Source: Malacoraja senta
Lineage: Eukaryota
Direction: 5' to 3'
Length of the DNA: 60,000 nt
NCBI GenBank assembly: GCA_038087875.1
Contig: CM075987.1
Coordinates: 21,206,001-21,266,000 of the forward strand
A program made the position numbers and the translations under genes. Within the stretch, counting starts at the first letter, position 1. Every line of letters starts with the position of its first letter. The notes below the pieces were generated by a model. It was not told the DNA's origin. It did not search any database and saw only the letters and a list, made by a program, of their open reading frames with translations. Shown here one piece after another: positions 1-13,500 of the stretch.

Positions 1-105
1 TGGGGGAAAAGCAGGAATGTGGTTCTGATTTTAGATGATCAGCCATGATGGTGGTGCTGGCTCGAAGGGCCAAATGGGCTACTCCTGTACCTTTTTTTTC
101 TATGT
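1..105 (+). mobile_element. CR1-type LINE 3' tail fragment
   Basis: gatcagccatgat...ctcgaagggcc...ctactcctg...ttctatgttt, same tail as the young CR1 copies at 10593 and 44555 (opposite strand). Confidence 0.75.
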
Positions 106-534
106 TTGAGGGATAAATCTTTGCTCCCTTGCCAGGCATAATCCCACCTATCCTCTCTTTGAAATTGTGTCTTGGGATCTTTTGCATCTATTGGTGAAGG
201 CAGCAGATTGCAGTTCAGTGGAGGAAAGTCCATTCCAATCCAGTGGCTGTTGGATGTCTTTTGACGTTGGTACAAAAGTCTCCCGGTGTTTATATTATGG
301 GAAAAGCCGAAATATTGAGAGAAAATGAAGAATGAAAAAAATATTCATTTCTGATCGGCCTTTCATGATTTCAGGGTGGCCCAAAGATCTTTACGGACCA
401 TGATTTGAGCTTACCGCTGAGCTTACCGATCACTGCTGTAACAAGAGAAATCGCACAACAAGATTCCACAAAGTTTGTTTCCAAAAAGAGCCATGTGTCA
501 GCAATGTAACATTGATAATGGAAAATTGTTTAAC

Positions 535-1015
535 ATGGAGGCTTTGGAGGGAGTGCAGAAAAGGTTTACAAGTGTGCTGCCTGGATTAGAGAATATTAGC
601 TAGAAGGAGATATTGAGCAAACATGGATTAGTTTCTGATGGGAGACATGATAGAAGTATGTAAAAATTATGGGAGGCAAAGATAGGGTAAACAGTCAGAA
701 TATTTTTCTCAGGACAGAAATGTGAAATGCTAGAAGGCATACCTTTAAGGCGAGATGGTGAAAGTTTAGAGGAGATATGCGAGGCAAGTTGTTTTTAAGA
801 GAGTGATAGGTGTCTGGAACACACTGGCAGAATGGTGATGGAAACAGATATGATAGAGGTGTTTGAGAAGTGTTTAAATAAGCACATGGAATGGAAAGAT
901 GTGGATCGTGCGCAGGCAGAAGTCATTAGTTTAATTTGGCATCACGCTCAGCACAGACATCGTGAGTCAAAGGGCATGTTTCTGTGCTGCATTGTGCTAT
1001 GTTTTGTGTTTAATA
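535..1015 (+). mobile_element. Degenerate CR1-type LINE 3' fragment
   Basis: ALEGVQKRFT-like coding remnant followed by a CR1 3' UTR; boundaries approximate. Confidence 0.7.
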
Positions 1016-2679
1016 TTTAATATTACCGATATCTCTGCATATTTTGTGTTCATATATTCTAGAGTGGATTAGTTTATAAGGCTTGGAGGAATTAAAGAAT
1101 ATTTGAATTGTGTGAACTAGTTAAAATTATACGATCCTGTGAAAATCCTCAATAAATAATTCTGCTTGTAATACAATTCTGAGTAGAATTAATTCTTCCA
1201 ATGACCTGACTTCATTATGTTGCAGATGTTGGAAAAAAACCTTTATATTTTGTTTATCTAGGTCTAATTGCCATATGCCTTTCTCTGTAATAAAATCAGT
1301 AGTCAAAATCAGTACACCATGACAAGTTAAATCATGAATCCTACACTCTTTGATATTGTCAACACTCAAGCTTTAAAAAAAAACAGGTTTTGTTTGCACA
1401 TTGGTATCTTAGCTTGCATTCACAATTATAACTAATTTGTAACTAATGTATAGTAGCTTGATTCAATGAAATGGTGAGACACGACCATAGATGATATTAA
1501 TCACTTGCATGGCCAGGACCAAGTAATCCCAATCTGAAAAATTAGAATGCGCCCAGAAATAAAATTAATTGCAGAACCAAGGAGCATACAGTAATCACAA
1601 ATTAACGTATTTCTTTGTTACAGACTTGTTGTTTGTTGAATGTTGCATTTAAAAACTGCTGGCTTAGGTTATTGAGTAGTATATGAATTGACAAGTTAAA
1701 ATCATGCAAAGGTGCCCTCGTTTAAACCAAATGACTTGCTGATTACCAAATCTTCACCACTTTTGAATTTGGTAATAGTTCCAGTAACAGGCAGTGAAGG
1801 TTGTACAAAAGACACCACAGATTGAACAGCTCTGGATTTTACCATGCAAACCCACTCATTTGACCATTCATTTGGCTTCTCTTCAAATCGGTTGCCTTGT
1901 ATTTTAGTGTCCATTTTCTCTCTGTGTACTTCCAGACTTCGTTCTGCATAGATTATGTTGTAAACACAGTGGGATTGCAGCAGTTTTACATTAGCACAGT
2001 TTTCTGCACTGCTGCTAAAAATGATCATATGGTATTGTTGATGATATTGATTTTGAAAACAGAACTGTGAGCTTGTGGTTAGCCTTTTTTTCCCCTCTGT
2101 CTGAAAGTCAAGTGGGTCCATTTTTTTCTCCTAGTTAAGTGAACTTTCTTTCAAGTCACTGAGAATTTTTGTCAAATTGGTAATTCCTTTGGCTTTTTGG
2201 AATAAAAATCTGAGCTTGCGGGAGTCTCTTTAGGATATGGTGCCAATTTCTCGGGTAAGAAATGTAGGTGCCTGTATTCAAACAGAATGTTATGGAATGT
2301 CAGAAGATTTGGTTCCAACTGTGCAATTATTTAATTATGATGCAAGTGGCAGCAAACCAGACAAAATGAAAAGAGGAAAGCACTCCCTTCAGCTGTTTTC
2401 TCTCTTTGGGACCCCCTGAGATTAGCTGACTACTGGTTCTGTAAATGCTTCATCCCAACTGTTCAGGGTGTGGAATGTCTGATAAAATTCCTTACAGGGT
2501 GATTAACTGGAGTTTGGAAACTGGTTTGCACTGGAATACAGTCATTCCAAGATGCTGTGTCTGCAGATTCTTCTCTGAACAACATACCATTCTTAGCGGA
2601 GAAGTTTTTTTTTCTGTGTATAAGTTTTACCATTTCAATCCCTTCTGGGTTTTGACTTATTGAAGTCACACACAGGAAT

Positions 2680-3040
2680 GTCAGGATCATGAAGCACCGA
2701 TCTATGAGGGGCATAGAGTAGACAGTCAGAAACTTCTTCCCGGGATGGAAAAAGAAAATGCCATAGGCATAGCTTTAAGGTGAGTCTAAAAAGAGATGCG
2801 TGGGGCAAGTTTTTTTTTTTTTACAGAGGATGGTGAGTGCCTGGAACGTGCTGCCTGGGGTAGTGCTTGAGGTAGATATGACAGTGGCATTTGAGACTTT
2901 TAGATAGGTGTATGGATCTGCAGAGAATGAAGGGATATGGATTACATGCAGACAGACAGGAGTTGGTCTTGGCATGATGTTCGGAACAAACATTGTGGGC
3001 TGAAAGATCTGTTCCTGCGCTGTGCTGTTCTATGTTCTTT
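2680..3040 (+). mobile_element. Degenerate CR1-type LINE 3' fragment
   Basis: Similar to 535-1015; ends ctgtgctgttctatgttct; boundaries approximate. Confidence 0.7.
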
Positions 3041-3489
3041 CATCGTTGATTCCATTGCAGAACGTAGTAACCTTATTAAATAAAACTTTGACAATGCTAA
3101 CGTGAAATCTTGCTGCTTGTGATTATTGGTTGTATACTCGGGAGGAAAAAAAGTTAGAGTTAACACATTCACTTCCTATTTAGGCAAACACATGGAACTT
3201 GCAGCTCTGAAACCGGCGAACGAATGTTTATGGCCACATTGGCCGCCGCCTACTCACCTCGTTTTTATCTAACCTATCAATTAATTCCTTTCCTCTATTG
3301 TATACTCATTTAGCTGTTCCTTTAAATTGAATTTATCCACGTGGAATTTACATTTTCTGGATTGTATCCAGTGACCCTTGCAATACGGAGGAGGAAGAGT
3401 GGAGGTGGGGGTGAAAACTCACGGTTTTCCATAATGTGAAGTCACGTCATCTGCGGTTCATGGGTTATAGGAACAGAATCAAGTTTACT

Positions 3490-3765
3490 CTGCAATTCAA
3501 TCATGGCCAATCTGTCTTTCCCTCTCAACCCCATTCTCCTGCCTTCTCCCCATAACCCGTGACACCCTTACTAATTAAAAACCTATCAATCTCCACCGTA
3601 AAAATATGCATTGACTTGGCCCCCACAGTCTCCTGTGGCAATGAATTCCACAGATTCACCACCCTCTGACTAAAGAAATTCCTCCTCGTCGCCTTTCTAA
3701 AGGCATATCCTTTTATTCAGAGGCAATGGCCTCTGGTCCTGGACTCTCCCACTAGTGGAAACATC
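3490..3765 (-). mobile_element. CR1-type LINE 3' fragment
   Basis: ctgtggcaatgaattccacagattcaccaccctctg matches the CR1 at about 10790; boundaries approximate. Confidence 0.7.
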
Positions 3766-4077
3766 TCTGGTTGTCGAAACGCTTGTTCAAAAAATATATT
3801 ACTTTTTTTTATTTTATTTCCCCACACATTTCGAGAAAACGATTTTTATTATGCATCTCAAATTTTTGGGTGATGATTTGGGAATTCCTGAAGGGTGAAT
3901 TACTGTCACCTGAACAACCGTAACGTCGGAGTACTTTCACTTCTCTCAAAGCTAACTGCATGTGGATGTATTCAAACCCCACTACGAATGCAAAACTGTT
4001 TTATTAGTTCTGTTTTGTGTTTATTTGCAATTGTTTCCTATTTGTTTAATACGGCCATCTTGTCCCTTTTGCTTCTT

Positions 4078-4843
4078 TCAAGGTTTTTTCAAGTTCAGTT
4101 TATTGTCACATGTACCAATTAAGGTACAGCGAAATTCAGATTGCCATACAGTCCTACCAATAAAGGGCAACAAGACACCCAAATACATTTTTATCATGAA
4201 CATCCACCACAGCGACTCCCCCACATTCCTCACTGTGATGGAAGGCAAAACAAGTTAAATCTCCTTCCCTTCTTTGTTCTTCCGCGGTCGGGGCACTCGA
4301 ACCTTCTGTTGTTGGGGTGATCTTGGCTCCCGCATCCGGCGGTCGAGCCCTCCGCATCGGGGCGATCGAGCTCCCGTATCGGGGGGATCTCAGCTCCCCG
4401 CGCCGGGCGATCGAACTCCCGAGTCGGGGCTGGTCGAACCTCCTGCGGCTTGGAGCTTCCCGACATCAGTCTCTGCCCGAGACTGCGAGCTCCTCGATGT
4501 TGAAATCCGCAGGCTTGGAGCAGTGATCCCAGACATGGGATCACAAGCTTCGATGGTAAGTCCACGGCCCCGCGGTGGGGCTAAAAGTCAGCCTCGAGCA
4601 AGGTCGCCAGCTCCATGATGTTAGGCCGCAGAGTGACCGGAGATACAATCCGGGAAAAAAATCGCATCTCCAGAAGGTAAGAGATTGGAAAACAAAGTTT
4701 CCCCCGACCCGACACCCCCCAACCCCCCACATAAAACAAACCAGAAAACATTAGCACAAACTTTTTAAAACACACAAAAAATAACAAAGAAGGCGAAAAG
4801 ACAGACTGTAGGCAAGGCTGCCATCGCTGACGGCGCTACCCCT
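4078..4843 (-). mobile_element. Non-coding CpG-rich retroposon with a Rex1/L2-like 3' tail and internal ~22-bp repeats
   Basis: Minus strand ends gtacatgtgacaataaactgaacttga, like the Rex1-type tail at 19455-19485; GC/CpG-rich core 4280-4660. Confidence 0.55.
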
Positions 4844-6181
4844 TAACGTTAGGTGATTTTTTAATTCATCAAGCCTTTGTCACTTCTCATCCATCACTCC
4901 ACTCATTGTGGGGCAAAGAGCCTGTGCAGTCCTGTTCTCTGTACTGTTCGATGTTCCCTCTTCTTGGCTATACTCTAGTCTCCAACCCCCAATGCTCCCT
5001 GGGCAACTGGCACATGTTCCCCATCCATTGCTCCTTTTGCACATCTGGCCGTGCTCCCATACCTTGGGGAGGTGTGCAGACGGAGCCAGGGTTTCCACTT
5101 ACCATTTTCTAGTTGTTATCCTGCGTCAGTATTGCTAATCTGTCCTTTAGCTTGGTACATATCTTCCCAAATTATTATTCCTACACCACTGTGCAGTGTT
5201 TGTCGTAAACTCAACATTTTTTTGATGTAAAGTAATTACATTGACTCATGCATTTAAATTGTTGTGGCTCTGAGCAAAAGCATTAGAATGTCAGTGTAGT
5301 TGGTTGTGTTACAATCATTATACGGATTTATGAAACAATTTTCCTTTAGCAAGGGTGAAAGCAAAGTTTTACCATTTGTAATTCAACAGTCAGAACCTGG
5401 ATCTTTGAGGCATTTCCAGTATTTCGACAGAACTTCAGTAAAATTCATTCTGGATCGATTTTCAACTTGGCCAACTTTGGTTGTACTGTCCCTTGTTTCA
5501 TGTTGCTGATTTAGGCTCCCACTCTCTTGGACTAAAACATGCAATTAGAGGCTGAAGATCCATGCTGAGGGAGTGCTGTGTTTTTAGACATGCCATTCTT
5601 CAGATGAAGCATTTAAACTAAGACCACTTTTTGCTTCGCACTGGGCATATAGATTGTAATGGCATATTTGAAGTACACTGGCCAGTTCTTCCTCCTCATG
5701 TCAACATTCCTGGTTATTAATCTCATTGTAGTTTTTGTTTCCAGCTTTATACAGCTGTTAAATGCAGCTACTTAGTAGCCCTGCACTTTATGGGTGCTGT
5801 ACAAATGCTAGTCCTCCTTTGAAATCTCTAGGATCTTAGTTGATGGTATGTGGGTGGCATATGCCTATCACCAAGTTGCTTCCTTTCACAGTAGGCCTCA
5901 CATTCACAAGTCTAGCTATGAAACTGGCCAGAGCACTTGCAGAATGTGAACAGCTGCCGGAGGTGGTGGTTGATGCAGTTAAATAGAGGCATTTAAGATA
6001 CTTTTGGATAGGCAGGCATAGATTATGTGCAGGCAGTTATGAGTTGGTCTTGGCATCATGTTCGGCATAAACGTGTGGGCCAAAGGGCCTATTCTTGTGC
6101 TGTTCTGTGTTCTGATATAACAGTGCAATGAAAACTGCAGGAAAGTTTGTGTGTGGCATTGTCTTGATTGGTGCCATGGTA

Positions 6182-6954
6182 CAGTCATAATGTTTGGGAC
6201 AAAGACCCATCATTTATTTATTTGCCTCTGTACTCCACAATTTGAGATTTGTAATAGAAAAAATTAACTTATATCAGAGTGATGGCAAGAGCAAAGTATG
6301 GAGGAGAGAAGGAACTGCCCAAGATCCAAAGCATACCACCTCATCTGTGAAACCCGATGGTGGGGGTGTTATGACCTGGGCATGTATGGCTGCTGAAGGT
6401 ACTGGCTCATTGATCTTCATTGATGATACAACTGCTGATGGTAGCATAATGAATTCTGAAGTGTATAGACACATCCTATCTGCTCAAGTTCAAACAAATG
6501 CATCCAAACTCAATGGCCGGTGGTTTATTTTACAGCAAGACAATGATCCCAAACATACTGCTAAAGCAACAAAGGGTTTTTTCAAAGCTAAAAAATGATC
6601 TATTCTTGAGTGGCCAAGTCAATCACCCGATCTGAATTGAGCATGCCTTTAATATGCTGAAAAGAAAACTGAAGGAGACAAGCCCCCAAAACAAGCATAA
6701 GCTGCAATACATGCCAGGCAGAGCATCACCAGAGAAGACACCCAGCAACTGGCGATGTCCATGAATCGCAGACTTCAAGCAGTCATTGCTTGCAAAGGAT
6801 ATGCAACAAAATACAAAATATGACTACTTTCATTTACATGTCATTGCAGTGTCCCAAACATTATGGTGCCCTGATTTTTTTTCTATTACAAATCTCAAAT
6901 TGTGGAGTACAGAGGCATGATGGGTCTTTGTCCCAAACATTATGGAGGGCACTG
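6182..6954 (+). mobile_element. Internally deleted Tc1-family DNA transposon
   Basis: TA|CAGT...ACTG|TA; TIRs match the copy at 31625; transposase C-terminal remnant (GGGVMTW, QQDNDPKHT). Confidence 0.92.
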
Positions 6955-7481
6955 TATATTTTCCAGATTCCGTAAATCCTGCCACAGGTATAACGTAATC
7001 TATCAGGGTGGTAAAATTGTAACCTCTGGTTACATGAGGCCCAAACCACTGGAACCAGAGACTGAAAACAAAATGGGCTTTCTGAACTAATTTTCCTTGC
7101 GCTCTTTGATGTCTAATACTTCAAAGGCTAGGATTCATGATCGAGCTAGAACACATGAATATGAGATAATCTGCAATATATATTCAAGAGAAGCTTTAAC
7201 TAGAATGGTTGATGTATGAAACTTGCGTTCACAAATGTGTTTGGGGAAAGTGCCTGAGGCGGGAGAGGTGGTGGTTGGGTGGTGAGGGTGTGTAACTCAA
7301 AGAATCTGGAGGGAGAGATCTCTGCAGACAAGGGTGGGGACGAGAAAAGATGACTGGTGGTAGGATCACATTGAAAAGTGATGGCCTGCTAAGTTCCTCC
7401 AGCACATCATTTTTTGCTCAGTCCCGTCATCTGCAATCACTTGTCTCAGCCATCGAACATTCTCAGAATTTATAGTTGTTA

Positions 7482-7580
7482 CTGGACCAAGTGGGACCCG
7501 TTGGGTCCCTGTCACACGGGAGGCCTGGTCCCTCAACGCAATATTTTACCACTCACCCATAGCCCCCAACTATGTAACAC
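7482..7580 (-). mobile_element. Possible Helitron 3' terminus fragment
   Basis: Hairpin GGGACCC-AAC-GGGTCCC (7509-7493), then 7 nt, then CCAG|T (cf. Helitron CTRR|T end). Confidence 0.4.
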
Positions 7581-7704
7581 TTTACATTTGTAAAGCCACC
7601 TTCATAAAATAGTATCTCAGAAAATGTAACAAAAGCAAGTTGTTTTGGAAAAGGTCACGGTAGAGTTGCACAAGGTATATCCAAAGGAATGTCAGGGAAT
7701 ATGA

Positions 7705-8067
<363 letters not shown>

Positions 8068-9019
8068 TAGTAACTTACCTTTCCGACTCTTTCACACAGC
8101 TGGTTGGAATCTTGTGCTGCTAGGTTTCTTGTTTAGAAATTGCAATTTACATACTTAAAACCCATGTAAATTCTTCAAAACTTCTGTTTAAGCCTGGGCG
8201 GTTCTTGATCCTGTATCAGAAGATTATTCATCCATGTTCACTCTACAGTTGAGTTTGACAATCTTTATTAAATTAAAGCACCATTAAATTAAAGCAACAA
8301 TATTTGTTCAAATATTAATCTTGTCCCCAAGACGATGCCTGGTGATGTTTGATGGGTTGTTAGCAGCCTTGCAGCCAAGTCAGTTAGTTTTCTGGTACTT
8401 AATGTTTTAACTTGAGTTTTCAAATTAGATTATCGCAATGTTGAAGTCTTGTGGATCCCCTGTAATCCTTCGGTCCCCTCGAACAGGTTGTAGGGCATCC
8501 TACTGCTGTAGAAGTTTCAATGCACAGTCCATGGTGCATTTCTGATTATTGCTGTGTTTGAGATGAGGTGTTGAACTGGAGCCTCATCTCAGGCGACTGC
8601 AAAAAAAAAACATGGCTTCTTTTGAATACTGGAATTGTCAAACCTTCAGGTATCCCTCGAATAGCATCCATAAAATGGATCATTCAGTCACAATTGCAGT
8701 GCTGTTTGTGGAAGCTGGTCATGCACATTCTCATTTGTATTACTACTTTCAACACAGTTCAAAAGTACTTGATTGCCTGTGGGTGTTTTGGAATGAGTGT
8801 ATTTGGGAAGGTCTGTTCTGCAAGAAATGTTGAATTTGTCATGATTCACATTATCTATTTTTATTAAAAGGCTTTTTTTCTTTCTATAAAAATTGATATG
8901 TGGATTGTTTTCAATAAAGCATTCTATATAGTGCAGTCCTGGTACATTAAAAAAAAATCAGTAATAATTGTGTTATTACTTCATTACTTAATAACTATGT
9001 TATTAATTGATTCTTACTG

Positions 9020-9475
9020 AGATTTATGAGGATGTTGCCAGGAACTCGAGGATCTGAGCAAAGGGAGTGGTTGGGCAGGTTAGGACTTTATTCCTGGTGC
9101 AGGAGGCTGGGGTGTGATCTTATAGAGGAGTATCAGATCATGAGGGGAATTGATGGCATGAATGCACAGAGTCTTCTACCCAAAGTAGAGGAATCAAGAA
9201 TCGGAGAATCTGGATTTAAAGTGAGAGGGTAAGATTTAATGTGAACCCGAAGGTCAGATTTATTACGAACACAGTGGGTGGTGAGCATATGGAACGAATT
9301 GCCAGAAAATATAGTTGAGGCAGGTATTATGACAGCATTTAAAATAAATTTAGACTGGTTCAGAGGTTCAAGGTTTAGAGGAATGTGGTCCAAACACGGG
9401 CAGGTGGGGCATATTGGTTGGCTTGGGCAATTTGGCGAAGGGCCTGTTTCCGTGCTGCATGACTCTTGACTCTCT
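9020..9475 (+). mobile_element. CR1-type LINE 3' fragment
   Basis: RMLPG...RLGLYS...DLIEEYQIMRGID remnant plus tail gaagggcctgtttccgtgctg. Confidence 0.85.
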
Positions 9476-10419
9476 GTATTTAAGGTTTATAATGGTTTGC
9501 GACTAACAGCAAGGAGATGAAAGTTCAGAAAACAATTGTAACCAAGCACAAATATGAAATCTGCTAACTTAATTGAATTCAACACCCTGAATTTGTATAG
9601 TATCGTTAACATGCTAAAATATTCCAAGATGTGACAAGTACAATTAGAATCTGAACAAGGAAGAAACATTTGGAAGATATACTATTTTTTTTTTTTTTTT
9701 TAAGTAGGTTTTAAGATGGTATTTAAAGGTGGAGACAAAGAGTTGCTTGTAGTTGAGAAAAAGGGTGGGTTTTTGAGTGAGAAAGAAACGACACCAAGAT
9801 ACAAAAGTAGGTGGTTTTGCAGATAGTGAAGATGGTTGTGAAAGATCGCAGCAGGATCTTGATCGATTGGCCAGGTGGGCTGAGGAATGGTTGATGGAAT
9901 TTAACACACAGAAATGTGAGGTGTTGCGTTTTGGGACGTCTAACAAGGGCAAGACCTACACAGTGAATGGTAGGCCTCTGGAGAGTGTTATAGAGCAGAG
10001 GGATCTAGGAGTGCAGGTGCTTGGTTCCTTGAAGGTCGAGTCACAAGTAAATAAGGTGGTTAAAAAGACTTTTGGCACATTGGCCTTCATCAGTCATTGA
10101 GTATAGAAGTTGAGAGGTCATGTTGCAGTTGTATAAGATGTTGGTGAGACTGTATTTAGAGTATTGTGTCGAATTCTGGGCACCATGTTATAGGAAAGAA
10201 ACTGTCAAGCTTGAAAGGGTTCAGAGAAGATTTATGAGGATGTTGCCAGGACAAGAGGATCTGAGCTATAGGGAGAGGTTGAGTAGGTTGGGTCTCTATT
10301 CCTTGGAGTGCAGGAGGATGAGGGGTGATCTTATTGAGGTGTATAAAATCATGAGTAGAATAGATCGTGTAGATGCACAGAATCTCTTGCCCAGAGTAGG
10401 GGAATCGAGGACATAAGAT

Positions 10420-10516
10420 AAGATAAGATACGATAACTTTTATTGTCATTTGAACCTAAGTTCAAACGAAATTACGTTTCTGCAGTCATACAAACAAGAA
10501 AAAAAAGGAGAAAAAA
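10420..10516 (-). mobile_element. 97-bp 5'-truncated retroposon tail with (TCTTA)n end
   Basis: Flanked by 9-bp TSD acataagat (10411-10419 and 10517-10525); minus strand has gacaataaaag before the microsatellite tail. Confidence 0.7.
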
Positions 10517-10592
10517 ACATAAGATCAGGGTGAAGGGGAAAAGATTTAATAAGAATCTGAAGGGTAACTTTTTCATACAAAGGGTGGTGGTT

Positions 10593-13500
10593 AGAAACAT
10601 AGAAAATAGGTGCAGGAGTAGGCCATTCGGCCTTTCGAGCCTGCACCGCCATTCAATATGATCATGGCTGATCATCCAACTCAGTATCCCGTACCTGCCT
10701 TCTCTCCATACCTCCTGATCCCTTTAGCCACAAGGGCTACATCTAACTCCCTCTTAAATATAGCCAATGAACTGGCCTCAACTACCTTCTGTGGCAGAGA
10801 GTTCCAGAGATTCACCACTCTCTGTGTGAAAAAAGTTTTTCTCATCTCGGTCCTAAAGGATTTCCCCTCTATCCTTAAGCTGTGACCCCTTGTCCTGGAC
10901 TTCCCCAACATCGGGAACAATCTTCCTGCACCTAACCTGTCCAACCCCTTAAGAATTTTGTAACTTTCTATAAGATTCCCCCTCAATCTCCTAAATTCTA
11001 GCGAGTACAAGCCGAGTCTATCCAGTCTTTCTTCATATGAAAGTCCTGACATCCCAGGAATCAGTCTGGTGAACCTTCTCTGCACTCCCTCTATGGCAAT
11101 AATGTCCTTCCTCAGATTTGGAGACCAAAACTGTACGCAATACTCCAGGTGTGGTCTCACCAAGACCCTGTACAACTGCAGTAGAACCTCCCTGCTCCTA
11201 TAATCAAATCCTTTTGCTATGAATGCTAACATACCATTCGCTTTCTTCACTGCCTGCTGCACCTGCATGCCTACTTTCAATGACTGGTGTACCATGACAC
11301 CCAGGTCTCGTTGCATCTCCCCTTTTCCTAATCGGCCACCATTTAGATAATAGTCTGCTTTCCTGTTTTTGCCACCAAAGTGGATAACCTCACATTTATC
11401 CACATTATACTGCATCTGCCATGCATTTGCCCACACACCCAGCCTATCCAAGTCACCTTGCAGCCTCCTAGCATCCTCCTCACAGCTAACACTGCCCCCC
11501 AGCTTAGTGTCATCCGCAAACTTGGAGATGTTGCATTCAATTCCCTCGTCCAAATCATTAATATATATTGTAAATAGCTGGGGTCCCAGCACTGAGCCTT
11601 GCGGTACCCCACTAGTCACTGCCTGCCATTCTGAAAAGGACCCGTTTACTCCTACTCTTTGCTTCCTGTTTGCCAGCCAGTTCTCTATCCACATCAATAC
11701 TGAACCCCCAATACCGTGTGCTTTAAGTTTGTATACTAATCTCTTATGTGGGACCTTGTCGAAAGCCTTCTGAAAGTCCAGATATAACACATCCACTGGT
11801 TCTCCCCTATCCACTCTACTAGTTACATCCTCGAAAAATTCTATACGATTCGTCAGACATGATTTACATTTCATAAATCCATGCTGACTTTGTCCAATGA
11901 TTTCACCACTTTTCAAATGTGCTGCTATCCCATCTTTAATAACTAACTCTTGCAGTTTCCCCACTACCGATGTTAGACTAACTGGTCTGTAATTCCCCGT
12001 TTTCTCTCTCCCTCCCTTTTTAAAAAGTGGGGTTACATTAGCTACCCTCCAATCCTCAGGAACTACTCCAGAATCTAAAGAGTTTTGAAAAATTATCACT
12101 AATGCATCCACTATTTCTGGAGCTACTTCCTTAAGTACTCTGGGATGCAGCCTATCTGGCCCTGGGGATTTATCGGCCTTTAATCCATTCAATTTACCTA
12201 ACACCACTTCCCGGCTCACCTGGATTTCACTCAGTTCCTCCATCTCCTTTGACCTGCGGTCACCTGCTATTTCCTTTTTTTTTTTGAATAATAGTTTTAT
12301 TGGAGGCAAATACATATCATATTGAAAACATTTCATGCATTTCATTTCTACATTACTAATATTATCAAACGTTATTCGTGTTGTCTCCAATAGTTTTTTT
12401 TAATTTTTTTAATATAGATAAAAAATAATAAAGTAGCAGAAAGAAAGAAAAGAAAAAAAAGACAAAGGAAAAAAAAAAGAGAGATAATAAAGAAGAATGG
12501 AATAACTTACTAAAAATACATCATTAGAGATATATTCGTACATTTCAAAGTATAACTTTTCATCTAATCCTTGGCTCGAGTTTTAGTCAGGTTCTCGTGT
12601 CGAACCAGTCTGACCCTTCAAATAATCAATAAATGGAGACCATGTTCTGATAAATAATTCTTGTTTGTCCATTAGGACAAGTCTAATTCTTTCCAAATGT
12701 AAGGTCTCCGACATTTCTAAGATCCACATTTTAATTGTGGGGGTTATAGGACCTTTCCAAAATTTTAGTATTCATTTTTTTCCAGTTAAAGTTTCTTTGA
12801 GTTGTTGTAAATGTTTGCTTTTGTTCTAATATTCCTAGTATTATTAATTTTGAATCGGGATCCAATTGAGTGTTGACAACTATAGATATTATTCTAAAAA
12901 TATTTGCCCAGAATTTTTTTAATTTTTATACAATTCGCAAATGTATGAGTTAAGTTGGCATCTAAATGCTGACATTTATCACAAATAGGGGAGATATGTG
13001 GGAAGATTCTATTTAGTTTTGTTTTAGAATAATGTAATCTATGAATTGTATTAGAGAGTGTCTGGCATTTAATGAACATTGATGTATGTGTTGTAAACTT
13101 TCTTCCCAAGTATCTTTCGTTATTGTTTGATTTAGTTCCTTTTCCCATGTTTGCCTATATAAGTCCATCGATGGTATCTCACTATCTAATAAAGTATTAT
13201 ATATGTGAGATATTAATTTTTCTGTATTAGGATGTTTATTCAAACAGTCATCAAGGATTTCTGAATCTCTAGTTCTAAAATTTTGAGTATTTGCTTTAAC
13301 ATAATCTCTAAGTTGTAGATATCTGAAAACATCATTTAAGTGGAGTCCATAAGTCTGTTGTAGCTCCTGAAATGAAAGAAATGTGCCTTTCTTATAAAGT
13401 TGTCCCATCATTTTAATTCCATAATTTTTCCATTGTATGAAACCTTTATCCAACCAAGAAGGTTTAAATAAAGGGTTATTCACAATGGGAAGAAAAAGTG

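Noticed and set aside
3200..3460. CpG-enriched patch with a minus-strand GAG|GTGAGT donor and a CRE-like gtcacgtca
   Set aside because: No partner exon or conservation evidence available; short motifs like these occur by chance.
4290..4465. Periodic semi-palindromic repeats resembling a CRISPR array
   Set aside because: Eukaryotic context, degenerate units with no unique spacers, no cas genes.
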